Positions 36,087 to 48,679 of a stretch of DNA of 64,000 nt are shown in pieces. The notes beneath the pieces were generated by a model. It saw only the letters and a list, made by a program, of their open reading frames with translations, had not been told where the DNA came from and made no database searches. The stretch is taken from NCBI GenBank assembly GCA_051313645.2, contig JBNRSN020000007.1:194556001-194620000 (forward strand), read 5' to 3'. The translations under genes and the position numbers were made by a program. This DNA is from Centroscyllium fabricii (taxonomy: Eukaryota). Position 1 is the first letter of the stretch, and the number at the start of each line of letters is the position of its first letter.

Positions 36087-37983
36087 CGGGGTTTCCGCAG
36101 CCCTTTCGCCAACATTACGCCGGACAAGCAGGAGAACCCCTCACCCCGGCAGTTCATCCAGCGAGGGCCGGCTGATCCAGTTAACCGGCCACTTCCAGCA
36201 TTTGTTTATGTTGCAGATACCGGCCGCCGCTTGCTCCAGGTGAAGCCGTGTGAGCGCAGCTTCACTCTGGGCTCTCTGGCTTGTCACAAACTGCTGGGCC
36301 CTTCGCTACCCCGATCTGCCCGCCGCTCACTTACTGGCTCCATGTTGCACTGACTGCTCGCTCGACCCCTGCCCGAAGAATTTCAACCACCTGTGGCTGG
36401 ACCGCTGGGTCACTGCAGCCCTGGCCTGTGGCGGGGCCACTCGAGCCCCGGGCGGAATGGAGCGTTCACCGCTTTAATATGTTATCTACTACAGCCAGTT
36501 AATTTTATATATTTTTTGGTAAGCAGTATAAAATATTCACAACTTTGAGGCTTGAATGGACTTGGAAGGCTTTGCTCTACATTTTTGACAACAACCATTA
36601 TTCTGAGACTACTGCGGATGCTGGAAATCTGAAATAACTGACTATTATGAGACACTTGTACCTGGCTGACAGAAGGGATGATCCAAGAAACACCGCTTTT
36701 AAATCTGGTTAAATTACTTTCAGAAAGTAAAAAAAGTAGTGCATGATAACTTTGAAACTGCCAGGTTTTTCAAGATGGCTAGTCATACTTGAATTTTTAT
36801 TAGTTTGTACATTGGCTTCTGGAGATTGGCCAGTGTTTAACCTAGGTTAAAATGGCAATGTCTACTAAATAAGTGATACTCCCATGGAATAAATCTTTGT
36901 AGCCATCTTTTTGGCTACTAAGTTACTGACTACTAGTTGTGTGCCAGCTTTGACAGTTACATTAAAGTAATGTGCAACTGTATTTGGTCGTGTTAACTTA
37001 TAGTTGCAAATGTCTGAAATAAAGTTTTAATGGCTGTGTTTACGCTGAGAACCTGTCTGTTTTGTCTTGAAAGAATGGTGCTTTTGTGTCTTTGGTTCAA
37101 AGCAGACAATATAGATGCTTACATTGAGCCAGTGGCAGGTTGATAGAAATTTGGAGTTTCATTTTAAATCCCCCATTGCTAGATATTTACTAATGTTTAT
37201 GATTCACAAATTGCCAATGCTAGCCAAATTTAATGTGGAACAGTGTTGATATTGATCATTGTTTAGACTCTGCAATCTCAAATGAGGTACCTTACTAAGG
37301 GGATTTTTTGTGATCCATTAAGTAATCCTCATTGCAGATATGTTTGAAAAGTGTATATATAACAGCTTTCAGGATAAGTGGAAAAGTCTCATGATGGTGT
37401 GTATATGAATCGTATCCATGATATGGAGATAACCAAAGTATGCATAGAACTGGAATGGATTTGCAAAGTTGGAACAAATTGGGATTTGGTTAAACATTAA
37501 CATGTGAGTTGTGTATATTGGTATCTTAAAAGGTGTTCCATAAATACTTCAAATTACTTTCCCTTGAAGTCAGATTTTTTGGGATTAACAGCCTACGGTT
37601 TATTATTCTGAGAAGTGTGAATAGTCGAGGTTTCTTAATTGTGCTGTTGATTCTGATGGTTTCAGCAAATAAGCTTCATTCTGGTATTGTCTGCAAGTAT
37701 CTGATATTTAAAGATGAGCTGATCTTATTGAGGTCTCGTTCACAACCATTTTTGGAGTTTTCTCGTCCACACATGGGGAACTTTGCCTGACCAAGTGAAC
37801 AGTTTGAAGAGGTACTGGACTTCGGCATCATTTCTATTGACCACCTGTGAACTAGACATTGCCAGTTTAACTTGCAAGTGTCCAGGGAAATAATTTTGCT
37901 CTATTGAATGGAGATTTTTGAACATCTGGAATTTTTCCATCCCACAGGTATGTACATTTTGATTAACAACATTAATTTTGCAG

Positions 37984-38091
37984 CTTTTTCAATGCACCAT
38001 GGATTTGGGTTTGTGCAGTTTGATCGTGTTGAGGATGCTAAGGCTGCCGTACAAGGAGAAAACGAGACAGTGTGTAGAGGGTACAGATTAG
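37984..38091 (+). CDS. NCOA5: NCOA5 coding exon 2 (second half of RRM)
   Basis: tttgcag| (A)FSMHHGFGFVQFDRVEDAKAAVQGENETVCRGYRL |gtaag. RNP1 HGFGFVQF; 108 nt, phase 1-1. Confidence 0.88.
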   Translation, partial: LFQCTMDLGLCSLIVLRMLRLPYKEKTRQCVEGTD

Positions 38092-38804
38092 GTAAGAATT
38101 TGAGATAACTGCAAGTGTCTTCAAATGTATACTATGAATGCATTGAGATTTACAAGCATTAAAGAACATTTATAAAGGAGTGTATTGCTTAACTGTTTGA
38201 CACTGCTCAATTTTATTCTGGACCCCTGTACATTCATTAGTGCATCAGTCCATATTTTCAAATTAATGGATTTGAAAGTGCGCACTTTTGTGTCTTAACA
38301 CTAGTTTTGGCATGTTTGGCATCCAAGTATGTTCGCTGTGGTAATCGAGTTTATTATGAATGTGGTAACATTGCACCACACAATCCAGTCAACTAATTAA
38401 ATGCTTGGTACAACTCCGAAAATGATCATGGAGTAAGCAGAATTTTGTGTTTATGGGGTATCTTCATACTGTCGCTTTTATCCAAAACCTGGGTGTGAAG
38501 ATCTGCAATAAGTAGTTTTTCATCTGATTTTTGACTTTGGCTGTACTGGAGCATTCCTGCTATTTTGCTCCGTTTTTCAAGCTAGTGACAAATGTAATGG
38601 TTCGACCAAAAATTTCTACTATTTTGAGTACATAATCCAGTTTGTGATCACTTGTCTGAAAAAATCACCTGTAAGCGATTTGCTTAATGCATTAAATGAT
38701 CCTTGTGGTAATAAACGTTTACGTAACTCTGTTGTCAGATATGTTGCATTCAAGTCTATATTCTGTTCTTGTTTTGTACAAATTGGTTGGTTGGTTCTTT
38801 TCAG

Positions 38805-38871
38805 ATGTTAATATGGCAGCTGAACGAAGAAATTCGAATAAAACTGCACGGAGACCGAGTCCTCCGAGAAG
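38805..38871 (+). CDS. NCOA5: NCOA5 coding exon 3
   Basis: ttttcag| (D)VNMAAERRNSNKTARRPSPPR |gtaata. 67 nt, phase 1-2. Resembles the mammalian N-terminus MNTAPSRPSPTRR. Confidence 0.85.
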
Positions 38872-41546
38872 GTAATAAAACTTGTGCATCTTTTTTCACG
38901 AAGACAAGACTATTTGCCAGTGATGGGATGACGGTCGTCTTTTGTTAAATCAGCCTATTAAAATTCTAAAATTTCCTGGTTGCGTGGGGACTTGTGAATC
39001 TGCTTTTTCTACATTTTGCAGTGAAGTAAGTTACACATTTAAATGACTCAACTTTATTTTAAGGATGCTTCTCGGGTATTTGTTTCTATGTAGTGCGTCA
39101 GTTGTACATTTTTCAAGCTTACAATAAAGTATGATTGTAGCATTAATGCTCATGTATGTCAACAATGTAAATTAGATTTTATACAAAATTAATAAAAAAT
39201 GGTGCATTTTGAAATGAATTGCAACTTGCAATGAATTTTCCAAGTGTTCTTTGGAACGATGACCATATGCCGTGGCTCCCAGTGATTCTCATTTGCGTGC
39301 TTCTGTTGCACATCACTTCACATCTCGTTTGCTGTTAATTTAAAATTTCATGCGTGCGTCCGTTCACTTAAATGTTCAGGCTTCTTACATAATTATGTGC
39401 TATGTCTAGTGAGGTAAGTATCACGAGCGAAATGGGTGAAGGGAGCAGGGGGCTGACTTAGAGCTGGCAATAATTCCTTATTGCCTTGATATGTTTCTGT
39501 TGCCACACACTTCTGTAGCCTTTCAATTGTTCCATTCATCTGGACGCATAGTACAAGATGAAGAGGACTTAAAAGCTGTATTAAAGGCTGATGTCACAAT
39601 GACTGAAGCGAAGATTCAATCAAGCAGATTGCCTTGAAGCACCGATCTTCTGCAGGTCTAATTGGAAATGCTGAAACCTATTTTCTGCTTGAAAATTGTC
39701 GGATTATGTCACTGATTCTGTCATCCTGCCACACGCTCCATAGTCACAGAGTATACATGCTCCAGTATCCAATATGCTTGTCTCTAAACTTGGTACCAAT
39801 GACATGGAATATACAACCTTCTGAATGGTGATTATTTGAATTGGTTCCCTTAATTATAGAAAGGAAAAGTTTGTGTACTTCTGCCAATAGATCCCATCGT
39901 TGGAGTTTCTTGCAGCACTTTGCACGTTAACACGATTTTCGTGGATCTCATGGCCACATTCTTGGTGCAAATCACTGAAGTTTTCTTTTTAGGCACCAAC
40001 TCTCTTCCTCTTGTTCCATTTGTACTGCTTTCTTGTTACGCGTTCTTGTTCCCTTCCTCTGCTGCTTATTTTATATAGGATATTGAACGGGAGGTAAGTA
40101 GCAATTGATTAGCACAAGATTTCACTCGCGATTGGATGGAAATTACGATTATTCAGTGACTCCTAAAGAAATTCAACATTTTAATGGCATGTCTGAAAAG
40201 TGGCCATGATCTAGACAGAATCTGAATCGCCAGAGCTGTTGGAAAGTGTGTTGGCGTAACTGGATCTCCAGGGCATATAGAAGGCTTGGCTGCAGTTCCA
40301 TCATAAATGATGCAGTGGAAAAAAAAATCAAAGCTTTTGGAAGCAACTAAATGCATTGATGGCAATGATTACGTAAAAATGGAATACAGGAGAGACCGAC
40401 TGGATTTAATGCTCTGATCTGCCCGTGAACCTAAATGGCAAGGTATTTCAGTGAGGTTCCTTGGTTATAAAAATGGCAGGTCTTTCAGCTGATGCCCAGT
40501 TATGAATTATATATTGGAGGGCATCAGTTCTTAAACTCTTAACTCATTATTATTTCCCAGACCTTATCCTGGTTTTTCCAGTGTTAAAGTTACAATTCAC
40601 ATACCCCGAGTTTTTAAGCTGCACCATGATCAATTGTAATAAGTGTGGGAAAGCTGTGTGTAGCTCAGAATTCTTGTGAAAATGTCCAGTCCTAAATACC
40701 TGTTCCTTTTTGATATCCTCAGCCAGAAAGCTTCTGTAGTGAGGTGTTGTGAATGATGGGCTTTCGCAACATTCCAGAAATGTTGGATTTCATTTCCAGT
40801 ATGGGGGATTTGGGGTGGGGGGGGGGGGGGGGCAGAAAGGGGAGGACCGAGCAAGCTGAACTTCACCATTGTATGAAAGAAATGGCTGCTGAAGCTTTTA
40901 TTGACATTTAACTACAATGAAAATAAGACCAAGCTGCTGATAACCAACAGATACCCCTTCACCACGTAGTCTGGGTGTACAATACATTCAACAGATACCC
41001 CTTCACACCATGTAGTCTGGGTTTACAATACATTTGTGATCTGTAGCATTATGTAAGCACCAAGAGATGAGACAAAACAAATCTTGCCAATTTTGCTGTT
41101 TTATATTTGGTTAAAATATCAAAACTTTTACAATTGCTCAAATTCACATTTCCCCTTGTGAATCATATTACAAAGTGAGTGCTGAGTCATGACACTGCAA
41201 TGATTCTATATTTATTTTGTCTTGTGCATTCAGAATTCTGAACTGCTTGATTCAATAAGTTACAGTAAACCACTAACTTTATTTTAGATGATTAGGGATT
41301 TCAAGAGCACCTAGGTATATTTAACCAACTTTGTAAGCTTCAATTAGCCTCTTAAGCAATGTTTCAGTAACCAATACATCCTGCATTCATGATCCTATCC
41401 AGTTAGTCCTTATGAAAGCTTGTAGTCAGTCGCTACATGCTTGGCATGTTGGCGGTTTTAAGATTTAGGCTTGCTTTGAGAGTTACAGCAGCTGGTGTGT
41501 TGTGTTTTTTGAAAACATACTTATTAGGTTCATCTGCTTTTGATAG

Positions 41547-41690
41547 AGATCCATTTGCCTTTGGTGATGAACGTGATTTAAGACGCGATCGCTCTCCGCT
41601 CAGACCTGTCGCCAGAGATGAACGAGATGCAAGAGATCCTCTGTATGATCGGTACAGGGATGCCAGAGACCCCAGAGACCCAACCTACAG
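41547..41690 (+). CDS. NCOA5: NCOA5 coding exon 4 (RD-rich)
   Basis: gatag| (R)DPFAFGDERDLRRDRSPLR...RDPLYDRYRDARDPRDPTY(R) |gtaaaa. 144 nt, phase 2-2. Confidence 0.9.
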
Positions 41691-43037
41691 GTAAAACTAT
41701 TAATTTTGGACTTCTCTCTCTAGAATATTATTTCCAGTAATCCGAAGAGAAATCTGTGTGCACAGTTTTGTCCAAAACTGAATTAGCAATATAGTCCCTG
41801 TCTCTGTTTAAAATGAGCAGTCACTTCTATCGGGCAAAATGTAACTATTAATCATTTGCATTAACATCTATTTCAAAGTTGTTGGTTACAGCGTCTTAAG
41901 TGCTCTATTTATTTTGGGCAGAAACAGATGTGCCAACATCCAGTTTGAGATTTTAAACATCTTACAGGCAATAACATCTTATTAAACCTGGTGTTTACAT
42001 GCCATAAAGTCTGTCAAACTGTCAGTCAGAAGATGTCAATCCTTTTATGTGGGAGAGGAAAAATGCCACGGCAGTAACTTTGCAGTTTTGGTGTGGGGGG
42101 GGGGGAGACGGGCTCTTACCATGATTTAAATTTTACCTGTGAATACTGGTACAGCACGGAAGAAGGCCATTCGGATCATTGAGCCTGTGCCGGTCCTCTG
42201 CAAGAGCATTTCAACTAGTTCTATCCATAGCCCTGCAAATTTATTTCCTTTAGATACTTATGTAACTTCCTTTTTGAAAGCTGTGATTGAATCTGCCTCC
42301 ACCACCCTTTTCAGGCAATGCATTCTAAATCTTAACCACTCACTGCGTTTAAAAAAAAGTTTTCTTGCATTGCCTTTGGTTCTTTTGCCAATCCCCTTCA
42401 AACTGTGTCCTCTGGTTCTTGGCCCTTCTGTCAATGAGAACAGCTTCCTTCTATCTACTCTGTCCAGGCCCCTCATGATTTTGAACACCTCTATCAAATC
42501 TCCACAACCTTCTCTGCTCCAAGGAGAACAACCCCAGCTTCTCCTGGAATCATTCTCGTAAATCTTTTCTGCGCCTTCTCTAAGGCCTTCACATCCTTCC
42601 TAAAGTGTGGTGCCCAGAATTGGACACAGTACTCCAGTTGGGGCCAAACCAGTGTTTTATACAGGTGGTTCATAATTTCCCACTTTTGTACTCTACTTCT
42701 TTATGAAGTCCAGGGTCCTGTAAGTGCTGTTTTTCAACCTGCCCTGCCACATTCAAAGCTTTGTGCACACATACACCCAGGTTTCTCTGTTTGTGCACCC
42801 CCTTCAGGATTATACCATTTTGTTTATATGTCCTGTCCTCTCATTCTTTCTACCAAATGTTATCACTCCACACTTTTTTCTGCGTTAAATTTCAGCTACC
42901 ACGTGTCTGCCCATTTCACCAGCCTGTCTGTCTTCCTGAAGTCTAATACTCTTCTGTTCACTGTACTTCCAAGTTTTGTCATCTGCAAATTTTTGAAATT
43001 GTGCCCTGTACACCCATGTCCAAGTCATTAATATATA

Positions 43038-43372
43038 CAGGTTGAGCACCGTTAAGCCGGCAACTTCAGTCGTCCGGAACGAATCCGGCCGACTGGTGTG
43101 CGCATGCGCAAAATGGCCGCTGCGCTTGGCTGCACATGCCCAGGCCTCTGGCCGCATGCGCAAAATGGCCGCTGCGCATTCCTGGGCCTCTCACCGACCG
43201 ATTGATGCTTTGGCGAGCGCATGCACAGACCACTCAAAATGGCCACCGGCCTTCGCAGTGGCCATTTTGAGTGGTCTGCGCATGCGCTCGCCGAAGCTTC
43301 AATCGTTCGGATTTATCAAAAATCTGGCACCGTCACGGTCCTGACCGTGCCGGATTAACGGTGTCGGACCTG
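43038..43372. mobile_element. Tigger/pogo-like MITE (copy 5)
   Basis: TA|CAGGTTGAGCACCGTTAAGCCGGCA...TGCCGGATTAACGGTGTCGGACCTG|TA. Removing it restores CR1 sequence attaatatata-tcaagaaaagc. Confidence 0.88.
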
Positions 43373-43809
43373 TATCAAGAAAAGCAGTGATCCTTGAACC
43401 GAGCTGTGGGGAACACAGTTGTATACCTTCCTCCAGTCCGAAAAACATCCATTCACCGCTACTCTGTTTCCTATCACTTAGCCAATTCCGTATCCATGCT
43501 GCCACTGTCTCTTTTATTCCACGGACTTTCACTTTGCTGGCACTTTGTCGAATAACTTTTGGAAATCCATGTACACTGTCAACTGCATTGCCCTCATCAA
43601 CCCTCTCTTACCTCATCAAATAACTCAAATCAAGTTAGTTAAACACAATTTTCTGTTAACAAACCCGTGCTGGCTTTCCTTAATTAATCCACACTTGTCC
43701 AAGTGGCAATTTTGTCCCTGATTACTGTTTCTAAAAGTTTCCCCACTATTGAGTTCAAACTGACTGACCTGCAGTTGCTGGGTTTATCTTTACACTTTTT
43801 TGCACAATG

Positions 43810-44225
43810 GTTAGATTGAGTAGCCTAATTCTATATTTGGAGTTTAGAAGAATGAGCGGTGATCTCATTTAAACATACAACATTCTTACAGGGCTTGACC
43901 GGGTAGATGCAGGAAGGATGTTTTACCTGATTGGGGAGTCTCGAACCAGGGGTCACACCTCTGAATAAGGGATCAGCCATTTAGGACTGAGATGAGAGAA
44001 ATGTCTTCACTCGGAGGGTGGTGAATCTTTGGAATTCTCTACCCCAGGCTCAGGAATATATTCAAGGCAGATCAATAGATTTTTGAATATTAAGGGAATC
44101 AAGGGATATGGGGATAGTTCAGGAAAGTGGAGATGAGGTAGAAATCAGCCATGATCTTATGGAATGGGGGAGCAGACTCGAACGGCCAAATGGCCTACTC
44201 CTGCTCCTATTTCATGTTTTTATGG
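43810..44225 (+). mobile_element. CR1 3' fragment nested in older CR1
   Basis: ggagtttagaagaatgag...gtggtgaatctttggaattctctacccc...ggcctactcctgctcctatttc. Confidence 0.75.
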
Positions 44226-47200
44226 TGTAATATTTGCAATTCTCCAGTCCTCTGGCATCTAAGGAGGATTGGAATATAATGGCCAGTACCTCCGCGATTT
44301 CCTCCATCATTTCCCTCAGCATCCTCGGATGCATCCCATCCGCTCCTGGTGGTTTATCCACTTTAAGTACAGCCAGCCTTTCTAATACCTCCTTTATGGA
44401 GTTTTATCCACTACTTCCTCCTTTTACTATATCTATGGCTGCATTCTCTTCCTTGGTGAAGACAGATGCAAAGTACTCATTTAGCACCTCAGCCATGCCC
44501 TCTGCCTCTGCCTCCATATATAGGTCTCCTTTTTGGTCCCTAATCGGCCCCACCCCATCTCTTCCTACCCTTTTACTATTTATATGCCTATAGAAGACTT
44601 TTGGATTACCTTTTATGTTGGCTGCCATTCTATTCTCATACCCTCTTTTCTTCCCCTCTGACCTTTCTATATATAGCCTGATTCCCAGATGCTTTTGCAA
44701 CCTGACATCTGTCAGATGCGCTCTTTCTGCTTCATCATATTCTCTTGCTCTTTCGTCATCCAGGTTGTCCTGCCTTTCCCCCTAGTGGGAATGCACCTCA
44801 ACAGTACCTGAACTATTTCTTCTTTAAAGGCATTACAGTTTTGCCTGGCAATCTTTGATTACAGTTTACCTGGGCCAGATCTGTTCTCATCCCACTGAAA
44901 TTGGCCTCTTCCCTCGCCGCCCCCAGTAAAGCATTTTTACTTTACATTGCTCCCTATCCTTTTCTATAGCTAATCTGAACCTTATGACACTATGATCACT
45001 GTTCCCTAAATGTTCACCAATTGACACTTGCTCCACTTGACCTACCTCATTCCCCAGAACCATTTCCAGCAATGCCTCCTCCCTCGTCGGGCTGGAAAGA
45101 TACTTATCAAGAATGTTCTCCTGAAAACACAAATTCTTCCCCTTCTCTGCCCGTAACACTATTACGATCCCAGTCTCTATTAGGATAGTTGAAGTCTCCC
45201 ATTATTACTACTCTATAGTTCTTGCAAATTTGCTCCTCCATTTCTTTCCCACTATTTGGTGCTTTATAGAATTCACCTAGTAGTGTAATGGTGCCTCTTA
45301 TTTCTTAACCCTAGCCATATAAATTCTGTCCTTGATCCCTGTAGGACATCCTCCCTCTCCAGCACTAACATTCTCCTTGAACAATATTGCCACATCCTAT
45401 CTTTCCTGAACACTTTATAACCAGGAATATTTAATATCTAATCGGGCCCTTTTTTGAGCCAGGTTATTGCTACAACATCATATTCCCATGTGGCTATTTA
45501 TGCCTGCAGCTCACTTAATCTTGTTTACTACGCTTTGTGTGTTCACATACATGCACTAACGCCATCGTAGAAAATTCTGCATTCTCTTAGTTGGACCCCA
45601 CCTAATCCTCTCCCAGAACTGGTCCTGTAGCCCCAGGAATCTAAAGCCCTCACTCCTGCTCCATCTCTCCAACCACGCATTCATCTGTGCTATCTTCCTA
45701 TTTCTATACTCACTAGCGTGCAGAAACGCCTGTCTGCTCCCCATACTATCGAATCCCCTATCACTATTGCTTTCCCACTCTTCTTCCTCCCCCTTCCCCC
45801 GCCTGTACAGCTGAACCACCTGTGGTGCCCCAGACATGGCTCTGGTTATACTCCCCAGAGGAGCCCTCACCAGTACTTAGAACCGAATACTAGTTGGGGG
45901 AGAGAGATGCACTTAGGATTCCTGCATTACCTGCCTGGTGGTCCTCCTGTCTGGTGGTCACCCATTCCATTTCTGCCTGCACACACTATCTGTGGCATGG
46001 CCACCTCCTGAAACGTGCTATCCATGAAGCTCACAGATGCACCGCAGTGACGCCAGCTGCTGCTCAAGCTCCAAAACTTGGAGCTCGAGCTCCTCCAGCC
46101 GATGACACTTGCTGTACATGTGGTTGTCCAGGACACTGGAAATGTCCCGGAGTCCATACATGACACAGGAGGTACATTCCGTGGGACTGAGCTGCCGTGC
46201 CTTTACTTAATAGACTATTAACTAGAAACATCAGCTATTCACCAATCGGCTCCTTTCCTGGTTGTGAAGTCACTTTAGCTGTTTTGCAATTGGTTTTTTT
46301 TTGCTGGAGGTGCTCCACCAACTCGTGCTGCTCCAGTCTATGCACACACTCTGGGCCTCCTGCTCGATTTATACTCTGCCTCCCGCAGTCCTGTGGCATC
46401 ACTCCTTGTTTTTTTTAAGTTGCCACTCTGCTCCCTTTTAGCAGTTGCCACTGCTCCTGCTCAGATCTGTAGTGTCAGAGGTGTGATGACTGGGAATTGA
46501 ACCCAGATCATCTGCTTGGAAGGCAACCATGCTTACTGCACCACCATTACACAACTCACTCAAGTAGTCACCTTTGCAGCCCCCAAAAAGACGATTTTAG
46601 GTGCTAAAATCTGTTGGTTTTTAAAAGGGCACCAATCTCCCCTGTTGTCCGGTTACATCCCGGGATACAGACACACCGCAGACAGGGCAAAATTTCTCAA
46701 GGTTCCGGGCCACTTGGTATTTACACGGAGCGCGCTTTGAAATGAATAATTGGAACATACTGAGAATCATGGGCAGTGACATTAAAATCTGTTAACTTGT
46801 GCTTGTGTTCTTTGATTTTGCAGTTTGGTTGTTACTGAACTAATCAAAGCAAATGGGAACCTTGCAGTCATGGTTTATTGTACAGAAATGTTATACATTA
46901 ATTAGAATGTATTAAATTAGACCATGCTAGCCAATTGTCATTCTTCATTTCAGGCTTGCACACCAGATAGCAATACTATCCAGTTAAAAAATCATTGGCA
47001 AGCGACCGTTTTAACCACCTGCACTCTCAAAAATAAATGTAAATGTGTATGTATATTTACTTTACCGGCACAGTAACCAAGGAAATACAGCATTCAAATG
47101 ATCAAAAAACACTCATTCTGCTTTCAGTGTTACCATTTTAGTAACAAGGTAAACATGGCAAATGAGTTTTGAGATCATGTTCCCATCAGTGTCAATTCAT

Positions 47201-47617
47201 ATTTTTATCTAACTAATCAGAAATAAAATTTCCCAATTAGCTACATACAGCTAATAGATTTATGGCATCAACCATTGGGAGCAATCACTTGGTAACATTA
47301 CTTCAAAATAAACTGCTTTTTGCAGTTATGATTTTTTTCCTGTCGACCATAAAAGACTGTTCCTTAACTTGACTGTTTAAGCTGAGTGTGTGGCTTGGGG
47401 TACTGCTCCAGTCTATTGTCTCCAATGTGACAGTCATTCTTCACTTTTCGTGTCCCATGGCTTTTTTTGGAAGTGATGTTGTGTGTTAGTCAGCATTCCT
47501 CCCTCCACCAATATAGTTAGTAAAACACATTGACTACTCATTCTGGGGCTGTTTGGGGACCATTGGTTTTCTCTAAAGTTACTGCACTTTAGTAATCTAG
47601 TTTTGAAGTGTGGGGAG

Positions 47618-47999
47618 AAACATAGAAACATAGAAGATAGGAGCAGGAGTAGGCCATTCGGCCCTTCGAGCTGCTCCGCCATTCAACGAGATCATGGCTG
47701 ATCACCCAAACCCAGCACCCTGCCCCCTCCCATATCCCTATCGAGCCTGCATCAACACATATCCCACCCTATCCCCGTAACCCCACATATTCAATCCCCC
47801 TAACACTAAGGGTCAATTTATCATAGCCAATCAACCTAACCCGCACATCTTTGGACTGTGGGAGGAAACCGGAGCACCCGGAGGAAACCCACGCAGACAC
47901 GGGGAGAATGTGCAAACTCCACACAAATAGTACCCGAGGCTGGATTTAAACCCGGGTCTCCAGAGTGGTGAGGCAACAGTGCTAACCACTATGCCACCC
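47618..47999 (-). mobile_element. HE1-type V-SINE
   Basis: Reverse complement of the 5322/24009 family, essentially full length. Confidence 0.9.
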
Positions 48000-48679
48000 T
48001 GTCATTAGATTCTATATAAAAGCAAGTATTATAAAGATGCTTTGCTCAGTGTTCCCCTTTTGGTTTCTCCTTGACTTTGTAAATTGAGTTTAATTAAGTT
48101 TGAAGCTGTTCAAGTTTAATTTATAGTTTTGTGTTTTTTGATTTCACCTCCAGTTGTGCTTTGCCTAGACAAAATTGCAGTCTCTTTGTTGACTCCAAAC
48201 TCCCATGGGGTACTGGCAACCTGTACATTTGTCTTTCCATCTTCCACTGGTACACTTCACAAAGTAGGTTTAGATCCTTCAGCCTATTTGATCTCATCTT
48301 TCTAGTATAGCAGTCTTCCCACTATAGCAGTTAGATGTTTCTTAAATGTGTCCCAATTTCCTGGCCTTTCACATCTTTACTAGCTGTTGATCCCCTTTGT
48401 GCAAAGAAATACTTAATTGACCTCTGTCCTAAAAGGCATCCTTCATAATTCTCATTTTTTGTTTTCTTGTTTTAATGCCCTGGCAGTATATAGAAGCAAT
48501 GTTTTGGGTCTACTTTATCCAGTGAAGTCTTGTATACTTCCCAGAGGTCCCTTCTGAGATATTACTTGAGGCTAAAGAACCCTAGCTTATACAGTCATGC
48601 TGAGTATATCAAATGTGGCCGTAGTCCGGTTGTGGTACAGCTTCAGCATGATCTGATGTTTGAATTAAACTCGTGGCAG

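Larger units (their letters stand above)
42145..46200 (-). mobile_element. Old degenerate CR1 (ORF1 and ORF2 remnants) with nested insertions
   Basis: IEVFKIMRGLDRVD, NIKGNPKVFYRHIN...LNEYFASVFTKE, GEHLGNSDH, and an ORF1-like region at 45600-46200. Confidence 0.75.

Noticed and set aside
41526-41546. Alternative upstream acceptor (ttattag) for exon 41547
   Set aside because: It shifts the frame and hits TGA immediately. The 41547 acceptor preserves NCOA5 similarity.
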